Below, piece by piece: positions 24,700-38,447 of a DNA stretch of 50,956 bases. Made by a program: the position numbers and the translations under genes. The stretch is from NCBI GenBank assembly GCA_013239625.1, contig MU053156.1, positions 1-50,956 of the forward strand, in the 5' to 3' direction. The stretch's first letter is position 1. Every line of letters begins with the position of its first letter. This DNA is from Lama guanicoe. Lineage: Eukaryota. The notes under the pieces were generated by a model, which saw only the letters and a program-made list of their open reading frames with translations, was not told the DNA's origin and did not search any database.

Positions 24700-27600
24700 G
24701 AGGAGTTATAGAGACCTGCAGTTGCCAGTTCCACATGTAAGGAGCCGAGAAGTTGCTACTCTGTCCCAGGAAGTAAACAGCTGAACAGACTGAATCAACA
24801 CTTCTTCTAGGATCGGAAAGAGAGCAGAGGAAGGCACAGGGCAAACTGCTGCCCCCGAGACCAAAAAAAGAAACAGATACAGAGAACCACAGCATACCAG
24901 AGCTGAGACACGCGAGCAGCGCAAACCGCTGCCAGGGCAGGAAAACCTGAAACACAGCTGATGAACTGCTGGAGGCTCAGCAGGAGCAACTCTGAGGGGT
25001 AAAGACTCCAGGGTACCCAGCAATTCTGTGCAATTTACCTCCAAGAGCCTCACTGGCTTCTCAGAGTAAATACTGCAGCAAAACCCCCTCCTCCTGCTGG
25101 CAGGGGATGGGGAAAAGGAGCCACTTTGAAATACCAGAGACTTTTGTTCCTAACAAGGCCTGCCTTCAGGGGAAACTAACCAACCAGAGCCTAACTGACC
25201 TGGAGGAAGGGATACCCAACTCCAGCCCACTCTAGCCATCCAGCCCCACCTAAGGGGGCAGGAGGAAAAATGAAGAAACACCCACAAAGTTCACAGTTCA
25301 GAGGCACAGGCTCATGACAAGACTAAGACCTAATCACAGCATCGCCGCAGAACACTTCCCCTCCCGCCACCTCGCCACATCACTAAAGGCCTATCTACGG
25401 AGGGTCCTTCACCCAGCACATCATCATGCGGGGCTATCAAGTGAACAGTAAAAGGCACACCCAGTCACCAAAACACAATTTAAAGACACAGATGTAACAG
25501 AGATGCTGGAATTACAGACCGTGAACTTGAAATGATGATGACTAATATGGTAAGGGCTCTAAGGAATGAAGTAGACAGCACGCAAGGACAGGCAGGCAAT
25601 GAGAGGAGATGGAAACCCCGAGAAAAAAACAAAAAGAGATGTTAGAGATGAAAACACTGCAACAGAAAAGAACAGCAGCTTTCATGGGCTTCTTAGTAGA
25701 TGGCACAGAGCTGAGGAAAGACTCTGAGCTTGAGGCTATCACGACAGAAACTTCCAAAACTGAAACAGGGAACAAAGAATGAAAAAAAATTAAAAGACAA
25801 AACCCCAACATGGAAGAACTGAGGGACAAGCACAAAAAGTGTAATATGTGCATATCAGGAATACCAAAAGGAGAAGAAAGAGAGAAAGAAAAAGAAATAT
25901 TTGAACCAGTAATGTCTGAGAATCTCCTTAAATGTATGTCAGACACCTAACCACAGACCCAGAAAGCTCAGAGAACAAGCAGAGAACACCAAGAACACCA
26001 ATGCAAAAAAAATTAAAAAATAAAAAACAAACAAAACCCACCTTGGCATAATATTTTCAAACTACAGAAAAGTCAAAGATAAATTCTGACAGAAGCCAGA
26101 GGAAAAAAAATCTTACCCATAAAAGAATAAAGATAAGAATTACACCTGACATCTCCTCAAAATCCACGCAAGCAACGAGAGTGAAGAGAAGTNNNNNNNN
26201 NNNNNNNNNNNNNNNNNNNTCAAACCTAGTGTACCTGCAAAATTATCCTTTAAAAGTGAAGGAAAATAAAAACTCTATCAAACAAAAACTGAGAAAATCT
26301 GTTGCCAAGAGACCTGCCTTGCAAGAAATATTTTAAAAAATAATAATAAAGTTCTTTAGAGGGAAAGAAAATTATATAGATCCACATAAAGGAAACGAAG
26401 TGCACCCTAAAAGGAGTAAGTGAAAGTAAAATAAAAACTTCTACTTGTCTTCTTCTTCACTGAGCTAACAGATAATAATTTGTTCAAAGTAATACCAATC
26501 TAATAAAATACGTACAAGATTCATATAAGGAAAACTACAACATGTATGAACAAAAGCAAAAAAGAACTAAATAAGTGGAGATAGTCCATGTTCATGGATA
26601 GGATGACTCAAGATGGTTAAGATATCAGTTCTTCCCAATTTAACCTATAAATTCAATGTATAAATACAACATCAAGGCATAATCCATGAAACAAATAATG
26701 GGTAACTGGACTTGATTAAAACCAGAAAGTGTGCACTGCAAAAGACAAAGTCAAGAGAATGAGAAGACAAGTCACACAGACTGAGGAGGTATCTGCAAAA
26801 GACACATCTGATAAAAGAAATACAAACTCTTAAAACTCAACAGTAAGAAAATAAAGAATTCCATTAAAAACTGAGCCAAAGACCTTAACAGACACCTCAC
26901 CAAAGAAGATACACAGATGGCAAATAAGGACATGAAAACATGCTCCACATCACACTTCATCGTGGAAACGTAAATTAAAACAACAAAGAGATAACACCAC
27001 ACACGCATTTGAATAGCCAAAATGTGGAACACTGACCACACTAAATGCTGGCAAGAATGTAGAGCAAGGAAAACTCTCCTTCACTGCCTGTGGGAGGCAA
27101 AATGGTTCAGCCACTTTGGAAGACATTTTGGTGGGTTCTTACAAAACTACTGACTCTTACCATTCAGTCCAGCCATCATGCTCCTTGGTAGTTACCCAAA
27201 GGAGTTGAAAACATGTCCACTCAAAAGTCTGAACTGGTATGTACAGTAGCTTTTATTCATAATCACCAGCACTTGGAGGAAACCAAGGTGTCCTTCAGTA
27301 GGTAAATGGATAAGCAAACTATGATACATCAACACAGTGGAAAATTATTCAGCAATAAAAAGAAAGAGCTATCAAGGCATGAAAGGACATGGAGAAAACT
27401 TCAATGCGTATTACTAAGTGAGAGAAGACAATCTGAAAAAGCTACATACTTTATGATAACAGCTGTTTGACACTCTGCAAAAGGAGAAAAAGCATAAAGA
27501 CAGTAAAAAGATCAGTGGTTGCAAGGGTGAAGGGGATGAACAGCCTGAACACAGATGACTTTTAAATTTCAGGGCAATGAAAATACACTGTATGATGCTA

Positions 27601-27860
27601 CAATGACGGATACATGCCATTTTACATTTGCCCAAGCCCATAGAATGCACAACATGAAGAGTGAACCCTTGTGTAGGGTTACTCACTTGTAAGCATGGAG
27701 GTTAATCAATTGTAACAAAGGTACCACTCTGGTGGAGGATGCTGATAACGAGGGAGGCTCCTCTTGAGAGGAGGCAGGGGGTATATGGGAAGTCTCTCTA
27801 CCTCCCTCTTAATTTTGCTGTGAATCTAAAACTTCTCTAAAAAAATTAATTTAAAAAAAT
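24700..27860 (+). mobile_element. Internally deleted LINE-1 (5' UTR, ORF1, ORF2 pieces, L1MC-type 3' end)
   Basis: ORF1-like ggaataccaaaaggagaagaaagagag and ccacagacccagaaagctcagagaac; 3' end attttgctgtgaatctaaaacttctctaaaaa. Confidence 0.85.
26193..26219. other. Assembly gap (27 N)
   Basis: Run of n characters. Confidence 1.
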
Positions 27861-28209
27861 CTACATAGCAAATTTTCCCCAGAGTCATTTATAGCAACTA
27901 CCCATTAAATGAAAATGAGTGCTCTGACATAGAATTTTATCAGAATTCAGGCTCTAATAAACAGGCCTTCATTTTCCCTCACAGTGAAGTGTCCTTTCAC
28001 CAACCAAAACCCAAAATCTCCATTCTGCCCAGCATCCCAGGCTCCCTGGCTTGCCTGAAGGCTTCTCTTCTGAAGTTGTGTCACTTCTCCCTCTCAAACA
28101 GGACCAGGATTGGTGTCATCAGCATGCAAACTGGGGACATAGCTCCATTCTGAGAAAGTCCCATTAACCCTTATATACTCCAGTTATCATCACATTTCTG
28201 TGAACTAAT

Positions 28210-28995
28210 ATGGAGTGATTCCCAGGATATACTGTACATACTTTTGAAGGACAAAAGAGTATGTACAGGACGCTACTTGTACAAGAATGGAGATGCTTAA
28301 ACAAGTATATCCTTAATTTTGCAGAAAGAAACATGACGGATAAACTAGAAACGAACGAGGTTCATTAACAACCCTCAAGGGTGGAAATCGGAAGGGATTA
28401 GAGGAGGAAGGGGTAGTGACACTTCCAGGGACAGCTTTGACTTTTGAAATTGTGCTGACACTTCACATACGCAACATGAAATAAATGAGTGAGGAAACCT
28501 AATTTTACTTCATATGAATTAAACATAATTAACCGAAGGGGAAATAATGTAAATAACTTTTCAACACGGTATTTTTACTCTCTACCCTCAGTCTAAAGAC
28601 ATAAATACTCTAAATATTAAACTCTGGTTAGAAAGTGGATTTATCACAGTGGTACACACAAGTCATTTGAAACTGTTTTCTCCATTACTAGAGGATTGAG
28701 CAAATGAGTAAATATACTGCAAATAAGACATCTACAGAATGGGAGAGAGTGAAAGTGAATCCTGTGGTGATGAACTGGGAACAGTTATTTGTATGAAATC
28801 ATGGTTTCCAATATATAAATACAGACCTTGACATAAATATGTGTGTGTAAATACATAGTCTAATTTTTTTACCTCCCTATTTCTTAGCTGTGTGCAGCAC
28901 AAGGGCCTAGAAGGAGAGACGCCCCAGGAACAATGAGCATCCTGAGCACTCAGATGTTGGTTCCTAAGCACCATTCCCCACTGAGGGAACTGGAG
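28210..28995 (+). mobile_element. LINE-1 3' UTR (L1MD-like)
   Basis: aagggcctagaag...caatgagcatcctgagcactcagatgttggttcctaagcaccattccccac. Confidence 0.7.
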
Positions 28996-30204
28996 GCATC
29001 TACCTCTGACTGTGGTGGAGTCAGTGGTACTGCACTACGAGCCCTTCTTCAACCGGTATATATGACATATCTTTCAGAAGCTGATCGACAAGTAGTGACA
29101 GATCGCTCTGGGAGCCCACTGACTGTTCCAGCTTTCTTTCCCAGGTGCTTTCTAGGCTGGGGCGTATGGCAGGGAGCCCAAAATACAACAACACAGTGGT
29201 CTTGCTGATGCCCAGAGATGAGAGCTCAGGGAGGCCGTGTGGCTAGAATTTGCAGGACAGGGACCCAGAAGAGGAGAGCGCCTCTCAGGCAAAGGGCTCC
29301 AATAATCTACACGGGCTTCCCTTAAGCTTTAAGCTGGGGCAACTGCCATTTCACAGGCAATTATCAAAGAAAGAACAACAGGGAGCTCTGGCCTGAACAA
29401 CTCCTGGTGTTCACATCATGACCAGCGGGAACCAAGAAAATACACAGAAGACCCGGGCATTTCGTGTAGACATCAGAAACTTTTAAAACAAGCCTCAAAA
29501 GGGTTGGGCAGATCCTCCAGAAGAGTAACTGCCTGCCAGAACAAAACAATGCTTTAAGAAAGACACCCAGTAAAGGCTATCCTATCTGTACAAAAGCAAA
29601 ACCAATTTACAGATATTTCATATAATTCAAGAGGAGAAAACTTCCAGAGATTTACAGTTGAGAGATAACAAGTATATAATATTGTAAATATTTCAAATGA
29701 GTAAGTTATATTGTAATTTAATGTAGTAATCATGTTGGCTTTACTTTTATTTTAGAAAATGTGAATACACTGACTACCTCCATCTCTAAACTCTTATTCT
29801 GCCCCCAAAAGTCCTAAGTTACTCGCATGGAAATTCTAATCAGGAGGTTTCCAGGAACCTTAAACCTCAAGATACTCCTAAATGGTAGTGGCCTTCGAGT
29901 CTAGCATTCACCCAAACGATGCTCTCACTGAACAAAATATTTGTACAACTGTGAGTTGCAGAGTTGTCTGCAGGATCATTCATTCATCACACAAGAAAAG
30001 AGGGCACTTTTAATGTGTGTTAAGACACACAACACAGCCTGCACGGGCCACGTGTCTAACATCTTCCTGTGAAGCTCGAGGAAGCTGAGTCCGGCTTCCG
30101 CAGCTGCAGGTGAGGGGCCAGGTCCCAGGAAATACACTTTGTCAAGCAGACAAGTAAAAGGAACAGAGCCTGAACCAGGGCTCAGAACACTGCAGCCACT
30201 CTGC

Positions 30205-30366
30205 ACCCAGCTTTCATATGGCTCTCGAGCTACAGTCTACTTTTTTCTAAAGCATCATAAAAATTTAAAAAAAAAATTTAGTAACATATGACAGAGGCTG
30301 CAAGAGGCCCACAAAGCCTAAAATACCTGGCTCTTTACTGAAAAGGTTTGCCTAACCCTAGTCTAG
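30205..30366 (+). mobile_element. hAT-Charlie MITE (MER58-like)
   Basis: ggcccacaaagcctaaaatacctggctctttactgaaaaggtttgcctaacccta. Confidence 0.7.
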
Positions 30367-31219
30367 GCTAACTCTGGCTCCCATGGGACCCTCTCAGAAA
30401 GCAAACTGTGCTGCTAAATATAAATTGCCAGAGGCAAACTGATGTAAATTTTACTTTTTCTAATTTTTTCAGCTCTGGCCTTCTAGCGGCTAGACCAATA
30501 CTGAACCTGACCCAGGGTCATGGGTTGAATTACACTCCTCTAGCCTCGTGAAAGAGGGGACTTCTGCATGGAAGACCTCTTCTGGCTTCTAGTGCCTTCT
30601 AATGTCCCCTCCCCATTAAGGGCAGCATGACCTAACTGGGCAGGCCTGGACAGGGGACAGGGGGAGAAAGGCCAAGAGCAGTTGCCTCTTCTTCACCCTA
30701 TAAGCCACGTATACACATACTGTATCAAAACACAAAGCATGCTTTACTTAACCACGACACTTTGCCAATGACACTACATTAGCAACCAAAATTTTTCAAT
30801 TCTTCGTCCCAGGAACTATCTGTTAAGTGCCTTCAATGACTAGGCACTGTGCGGGTGCTGGGCTCCTGCCCCAATTCCACAGAGTGAGCTTATCTGTACA
30901 AGAAGCAGACTGGTAACAAACAACTGAAAAATAAATTCAGGAACTGAGAAGATGAAGCTAAAATAGGAAAATGTGACAGTGAGGGGAAGTGGAGACGCCC
31001 GTTTTGGCTAAAATGACACGGTCACAACTCTGTAAGGAGATGACATTTGAGCAGAGGCCTTTCTAAGCAGAGGAAACGCTGAGCACAGTGAGTCTGAGCA
31101 GAGATGAGCTCTGTCTAGCAGGGAAATGAGGGCTGTGAGGCCAAGCACGATGGACAAGGGGTAGAAGGGGGAGAGCGGGTGGGAAAAGGCGAGGTAGCCA
31201 GAGCAGGAGACTTTACATT

Positions 31220-31652
31220 TGGTATCAGCTTCCCCATAAATAACTACAAATTTAGTGGAATCATCCTGCAGTCCCAGGTCAGAAGCCTGAAACTTGGCAG
31301 GGCTGCGTTCCTGAGGTACCAGAGAATGAGCTCCCTTGCCTTGCCGGCTTCTGGAAGTTGTGCACGTTCCTCGGCTCAGAGCTTATTCTCTGCACTGCTG
31401 TCATTTCTTCCCTCATAGTAGTTTTTCTAATTCTCATTCCTCTTTCCAACTTCTAATCCTCCTGCCTCCCTCTTACACAGACCTTTGTCTATACATTCAC
31501 CCGACTGGGTAACCCAAGATAAGCTCTTCGTTTCAGGATCTCTGACTTACATGTATCTGTGATGTTCCTTCTGTACTGTAAGATCACATATTCATAGGTT
31601 CTGGGGATTAAGACACAGCCAGCCTCGGGGGGCATTATTCAGCCCACCACAC
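31220..31652 (-). mobile_element. MaLR LTR (MLT1A-C-like) inserted in an antisense LINE-2 (about 30830-31790)
   Basis: cacatattcataggttctggggattaagac...attattcagcccaccaca; L2-like flanks such as aggagatgacatttgagcagaggc. Confidence 0.75.
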
Positions 31653-31959
31653 TTTACTTCTGAGGATTATTTGGAGTAGGAAGTGTGAAGTGATTATTTT
31701 TTAAGATTTCTTGGGCTACACTATGGGGAGTGTGCCTCAGCGGGGCAACAGTGGAAGCAGAGAGATGAGTCAGCAAGTTATCACTAATACATACTTCCTA
31801 TTTTTAAAAAAGAAGATATCTAAGAGCATAAAATATTATTTAGGTAGTAATTTTTTTTAATGGAAAAACAAGGTCAGAAATGAAGTAGCCACAGCCAATA
31901 CTTATTACTTCCACAAAAAGAATAATCTAAGCCATTTTTAATGGCATCTCTGGTATGTT

Positions 31960-33550
31960 CAAGTGGAGAAATTAAAAGTATAATATTAAACGTTGACATC
32001 AGGAGAGAAGAAGGGACTGAAATCAATAATCTAAGCTTCCACCTTAAGAAGCTAGAAAATGAGAAGTAAATTAAACCCAAAGCACACAGAGGAAAGAAAA
32101 TTATTACCTAATTAATGACATTAAATGAAACAGAAAAATGGGAAAAAATAATAACAATGGAATCAAAGCTGGTTCTTTGAAACAATCAAAAAACTAATCA
32201 ATGTTTTGCCAGAATTTTTAAGAAAAGTGACAAATTATCAATATCAAAAATGAAAGAGGAGATATCAAAATAGATTCAATAGACACTAAAAGGATAAGGG
32301 AATATTATGAACAATTTTATGCCAATAAATTTAAAAACTTGGATAAAACAGATAATTTCCTTAAATGACATAATTTATCAAAATGTAAAAAGAAATGGAT
32401 AACATGAATAGTCTTCTATCTACTAAAGAGATTAAAATCTTACTTAAAAATCTTCCCACAAAGAAAACTCCTAGATCAGATGGCTCTGTTGGTGTATTTT
32501 ACTGAACAAACAAGTAAGAAATATTACCAATTCTACACAGGTTTGTCCAGCAAAACAGAAGAAACAGAACTGGAACATTTTCCAATTCATTTTGAGACCA
32601 GAAATACCTTGACACCAAAAACAGAGAAATGACAAGAAAATTAAAAACCAATTTCCCTTACAAACAAAGTGAAAAATTCATCAACAAAACTTTTGCAAAT
32701 TAAATCCGGCAATATATAAAAACTGTAATACATCATGACCAAGAAGGGTGTATTCCAGGAATACAAGGTTGTTTAATATTTGAAAATCAATCAATTCACC
32801 ATATTAAGAGACTGAGAAAGAAAAACCATATAATCATCTTAATACGTACAAAAAAATTTTGGGTAAAATTCAACACCAATTCATGATTAAAAAAACAAAC
32901 AAAAGAACTCAGCAAACTGGGAATAGAAACTTTTTCACCCTAGTCAAGTATATTGATGAAAAATCTACAGCTAAATTACACTTAATGGCGAAAGACTGAA
33001 TGCATCCCCGTAAGGTTGAAGAAAAGGCAAGGATGGACATTTTCACCACTTTTATTCAACACCGTAATAAGGGCCTAATTTTAAGAGAAGAATAAAACAA
33101 AAGGCCAACAGAATGGAAAGGAAGAAGTAAATCTGTCCTTATTTGCACATAACTTGACCATCTACCTAGAAAATACCAAGGAATCTACAAATGTGATTCC
33201 TAGAACTAAAAAGTGAGTTTAATACGGTTGCAAGATACAAAGTCAATACACAAAAATCAATCACATTTCCACATGCTAGCAATGACAATCAGGAGTCTAA
33301 ATTAAGAAAGGCTACTTTACCGTGTCATCAAAAAATAGGCAATATTTAGGACTAAATTTAGTCAAGTATGTTCAAGGCTTGTACAGAGTAATTGAGACAA
33401 TAAAGAGCAGAGAGAGCCTGGGCAGAACTCACACATATATATGGCCAACTGACTTTTTAGAAAGGCCCTAAGATAATTCAGTGGAGGAAGAGTTACACTT
33501 TAATAAATGGTGAAAGAAGTGGACATATGTATGAATTAAAAAAAAAAAAA
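31960..33550 (+). mobile_element. LINE-1 ORF2 fragment
   Basis: ctaagcttccaccttaagaagctagaa, ttattcaacaccgta, ttatttgcacataacttgacc (RT motif remnant). Confidence 0.9.
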
Positions 33551-33557
33551 ACCCTGA

Positions 33558-34150
33558 AGTATAATAAAAAATATATTCGGTCTTTGTCACTGTATCCTTG
33601 GCACAGAGCTTTTGAAACCCTCGGAATTTCCTAAGTGATGGAGGTATATTCTATTTTCATTTATAATGAGCCCCTCACAACCATAGCTGGGTTTATGTTA
33701 ATGAGATGGCTACTGGAGGGCCCCTTAACAGTTTAAGGATGAAGGTTGGTCACCAGAAGGACCAAGTCATGATAAGAGGTTGGAACTTTCATCCCTACCC
33801 CTCAATCTCTGGTGACAGTAGAGGGACCAGAGACGGATCACTAATGGCCAATGATTCAATCAATCCTGCCTATGTAATGAAACCTCAGTAAAATCCACCA
33901 ACAATTGGGTTCAAGAAGTTTCCCGGGTCGGGGTGAGGGTGTAGCTCAAGCGGTAGAGCGCTTGCTTAGCAGGCACGAGGTCCTGGGTTCAACCTTTGGC
34001 ACCTCCTCTAGTAAATAAATAAGTAAATCTAATTACCTCTCCCTGTCAAAAACAAAAGAAGAAGAAGCAACAGCAGCTTCCAGGTTGCTGAACACATGTC
34101 TGGGAGGGTGCCACAACCAAGTGGGCATGGAAGGTTCTGAACACCCTCCT
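33558..34150. mobile_element. LTR (MER21-like), interrupted by a SINE
   Basis: ggtcaccagaaggaccaagtcatgataagaggttggaactttca and gccaatgattcaatcaatcctgcctatgtaatgaaacc. Confidence 0.65.
33930..34068 (+). mobile_element. tRNA-derived SINE (camelid Vic-1-like)
   Basis: gtgtagctcaagcggtagagcgcttgcttagc...ggttcaacc, with the same tail as the 6059 copy. Confidence 0.92.
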
Positions 34151-34689
34151 AACTTTCCTAATTTTATCAGAGAGCATCACCCAAATCCAGTCTTCCATTC
34201 CAACTGCTATAATCAGATCAATTTTCTAAAACTAATTCCATGCACAGAATTTACCTCTTACTTAAAACCCTTTAATTATTTCTCATTTCCAAACTATCTG
34301 ACTTCAAAGACCTTACTTTGGTATTTATTCAAAGTCCTATGAAACCTGTCCCCAACCTTCTTGTTCCCTGAGTAAGCACAAATTTTCCTTCCACATCAGA
34401 AATGCCTTCCATCTAGTTGAAGGGGGCGGGTCGGGGTAGTGTTGATCCTTGTTTGTAATTGGGTTAAAGACAACAAAATGTGCACACGTGCACACGCCGT
34501 CTCAATGCAGTTTGCAAAATCCAATTTTCAAAGAAAGTACAAAGATGAATTCTGGCTCATGGCAGAATAAATTCACAAGAATTCCAAACAATCTCAGCAT
34601 GGATAAAGTCATGAAGGAGAACTGGTACCCAGGGCAGGCTCCGCATTAAACAGCTGAGTGGTACTGGGTAGGACCCAACACTAATGACA

Positions 34690-34862
34690 ACAGCTACCGC
34701 TAACTGAATGCTTCATTATGTTCCCAGTGCTCTGTGTTTATTGACTCATGTAATCCCCAAAACAACCTAAGAGGTAGGTACTATCTTTATCCTTGTGGAA
34801 CTGATAAAATAATTGGGACTTGGGGAGGTTAAATAACCACCTGCAGCCAGTAAGTGGCAAAC
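34690..34862 (-). mobile_element. MIR SINE
   Basis: actcatgtaatccccaaaacaacctaagaggtaggtactatc...gaggttaaataacc...agtaagtggca. Confidence 0.75.
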
Positions 34863-35203
34863 TCCACCCTTGAAGGAAGAATGACTATCCTACAGGGTTC
34901 GAGCTTCAGTTCCCTCATGAAAGAAGCCGAATGGATGGAACCAGACATGTGCATTCACTCAAATGCACTCAGGACCCATTTTGGTGCTCAGCCCTCAAGG
35001 AACTACTCTAGGAAAGACAAACAATAAACTAATCATAAAAATATACGATTCAAAATGCTTTACGTGTTCTAAATGTTGTTCCAGTAATTTGTAACCAGAA
35101 CTGATATGGTCTGGGGGGAAGGAGAGGGGGTGCTGGTCAGGAAAAGCTTATCCAAGACAGTGCTATTTGAGCTGAGATTGGGAAGATGAGTAGGAGTTGG
35201 CAG

Positions 35204-35637
35204 TGTTACTGAGTCCAAACTCATTCTGCTCATCACACGACAGGCCAATAAATCAGGAGATGAGATGTTGGGGCAAGGAATAAGTGACTTTATTCGGAAA
35301 GCCGGCAGACCGAGAGCATGGCAGAATAATGTCTTAAGAGAACCATCCTCCTCAAGTCAGAATACAGGCTCCTTTTATACAAAAAACCAGGGGAGGGGGT
35401 GTGGTTTGTTGTTGCAAACTTCTTGGTGCAGGAATTCTTTGTTCCTGCAGCTGTCCATGTGGGCCAGGTCACCATGCTCCTGCAAAACCTCCAACAAAAC
35501 AAATGGCATTCTCTATTCTGCAACTTTGTTATCTTTATGTGAGTGCAGAGCAAGCAAGACTAAGCCTAGGGAACAGAGCACAGTGGTCAAGGCCAAAGGA
35601 ACAGAACCAGTATGGAGTCAGATTTGTTCTCTATTAC
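35204..35637 (-). mobile_element. ERV solo LTR (ERV1-like)
   Basis: Starts TGTTAC; tttatt (reverse AATAAA) near 35289 and ttttata (reverse TATA) near 35374 in LTR order; embedded in L2 fragments. Confidence 0.65.
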
Positions 35638-36289
35638 GGGGGGGGACTGGGAGAAGAGAGAGCGCTTGAGTCCAGGGAGGGGCAACTTAGGAGAAATCGT
35701 AAAATAGTCATGGCCCCATGGAAGGTCTTGTCATTCAGGAGAAGAGGAGAGGTCAGCCCAGGCCAGATATTGTCATTACATTACATTACCCTGTTAAAAA
35801 ACAAGGAGCAATCACTGAGGGAGTTTTAAGTAGTATAAACACACATACACAACTGGGGGCTGGGGAGAAGGGGCGGGAGGGGCTGGGGAGAAGGGGCGGG
35901 GGGGTGCTTTGTATATGCGAAGACCATGCCTAAGTGTCTAGGGATGGATACTTTGAGCCATAAGCTGCAACCCAGTCAAGCAATACAGGTTTGTCTGAGG
36001 TTAACAGTTAGAAATTGAAGAAAGAAAGGATTCAAGAGGTAACATTTACAATGAGCTAGTGATTGATTACACTGAGGACTGAATGCACTGGAAGGAGGTG
36101 TCAGGAATGTCTAATAGGTTTTTGGCTTCAGCAGTTGGATGCAAAGGAAATGACATTCAGTGAGACAGAGAATCAAACACAGTAACAACACACCAAGGTG
36201 AGTGTGCAGAGGGATAAAGTTTTAGTTTGATTTTGAACTACAGTGAAATCTGAAGTGCCTATGAGACATCCAAGTTGGCGTCAACTCTA

Positions 36290-36495
36290 AGGGTAGAGGT
36301 GAAGAATGCAGGCTCTGAGGTCTGACTGCTGGAGCTGAAATCCCTATCGGCCACTTACCACGTGACCTTGGGCAGTTATTTAACCTCTCTGACCCTCAGT
36401 CTCTAACCCTGTAAAGTGAAGATGCCAACAGTTCTAAACTCCTTGGGACTGCTGTGAGGATCATATGGTAAGATGTTTGCATCATAAGCATTTAA
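36290..36495 (+). mobile_element. MIR SINE
   Basis: gccacttaccacgtgaccttgggcagttatttaacctctctgaccctcagt core. Confidence 0.85.
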
Positions 36496-36859
36496 TTATA
36501 ACTGTCCCTTCTGCAAACACTTTGATGCAGTAAGTGTTACCATGGTGCATGCTAGATATGACACTGTTGGCATTATTACTAAAGTGTAAAGTGCCATCAG
36601 AATGCTTCTACCATAGATTAATTCCAGTGGTTCTGGTCCCATGTTTGAGGCCTGATGTCTTAGGTACTTCCATCGCAAAGAGTTGGAAATTAGCTCTGTA
36701 ATTCAAAATGAATCTTCCAGTGCCTAATAACTGGACCACCAAATGTGTAAGTAAGTGGAATAAAACCTTCTCTTTATTCAGAAGGGCCTATTGTTTCTTG
36801 TTCTGTAACTGCCCCACTTTATTTCACAGTTAACAGCTAGAATGAGGTGCTAGAATGAT

Positions 36860-38075
36860 CCAGGTGACAGAGGAACAGAGTTGGAGAATTCAGGATAAAC
36901 TCATAGTTAACTTAAGATACAGATGGTTACATACAGAAACTCTAAGATAAGTTTATATACGCTGGTTAGTATACACACATACATTTCCTTCTCAGCTGAG
37001 TGACTTAAAAGCAATGACACCCCAGTAGCAATGAGCACACCATTCTTCTGTAAAAGTGCTCCTTGTTGAAATGGATGGTTCCAGGACTTGGGCAATATAG
37101 GAAATATACAAGATAAGCCTGAAGGCTGTTGTAGTGCCAGCAAGTGAGAAAGTGCTCAAAATAACCCCACAATGATGTTAAAGAGACACAGAAACCAAAT
37201 GAAAGAGCTGCCAATAGCCAAATCTGGAACAAGAAAGAAAGAATGAAAGGAAGGAAGAAAGGAGGGCAGGAAGGGAGGGAGGGAGGAATTAGTAGAGGAG
37301 TGTAATTCAAACCATAAGATAAATATCCATAAATCCACACTGCTATAAATAAATGATTAAATCAATAAACAGGAGAGAAGAGACAAATCTCCCAAGCAAA
37401 AGAATTCCAAATAATTTATGTAGACACTCTGTCCTCAAGGAGGGAGAGCATTACTCTTCACTACTCGAATATTGGCTGCATGCAGTGACTTTTTTCCGAA
37501 GAGTACAGTATGGAAAGGGAAATAGACTAACTTCACGGTGAAAAAAACTGACAAACACCACCCCAGCCAGGTGATCAAGGTTAACATTAATAGTGATAAG
37601 CTATGTTGATAGTATATATCCTTGGTATGATGTGATGAGAGTGGCATTCCCCCTCCATCTTTCCCCCAAAACCCCATAACCACACTCTAATTATGATAAA
37701 AGTATCAGACAAATTCCAGTTGAGGGACATTTTACAAAATATCTGGGCAGTACTTCTTAAAACTGTCAAGGTCATCAAAAATAAGTCTGAGAAACTGTCA
37801 CAGTCAACAGGAGGCTAAGGAGACCTGACGACTAAAGGTAATGTGGGATCCTACAACAGAAAATAATGGACTTTGGGTAAAAATTCAGGGAATCCAGATA
37901 AAGTATAGACTTTCATTAGTAATGAGTCAGTATAAGTTCATTGATTGTAACAAATGTACCATACTAATGTGGCATGTTAATAATAGGGGAAACTAGGGGT
38001 AGGGCATATGGAACTCTCTGCCCTATGTCCTCAATTTTTATGTAAGTCTAAAGCTACTAAAATTATTAAAATACA
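36860..38075 (+). mobile_element. LINE-1 3' UTR (L1MC-like) with a purine microsatellite at about 37230-37288
   Basis: gcaatgacaccccagtagcaatgagcacac, aaaactgtcaaggtcatcaaaaataag, gtaacaaatgtaccatactaatg. Confidence 0.8.
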
Positions 38076-38447
38076 ACGAAATAGATGTCACAGTCCACCT
38101 GGAACCTAATTCAAAGCCAATGAGTCTGTACTGCCCTGGACTGAGCTGGGAGCCTGCCCTGGTCAACCGGTGGTTGATGCTTCTGGAAGATCTCCATGTT
38201 TCTCACCCAGCCTTCTCCTCTGAGTCATGTATTGACCTTCTCCTGCCCCTCGGATCCTTTGACGTTACCTCCTACCCGTCCTGTACAGTTAGTTCTGCAA
38301 CAGCTCTGGGGTCCTCCTGGCCTGGGGAAAAGCTCATCCCTTCAAGGCAAATGCCTCTAATCTGCAGACTCCAGAGTTGGCCTTTGCCGGAGTTGGCAGC
38401 TAAAGGACAGCTCTCCATCCGAGGACAGACCTTAACCCAAGTGCTCT

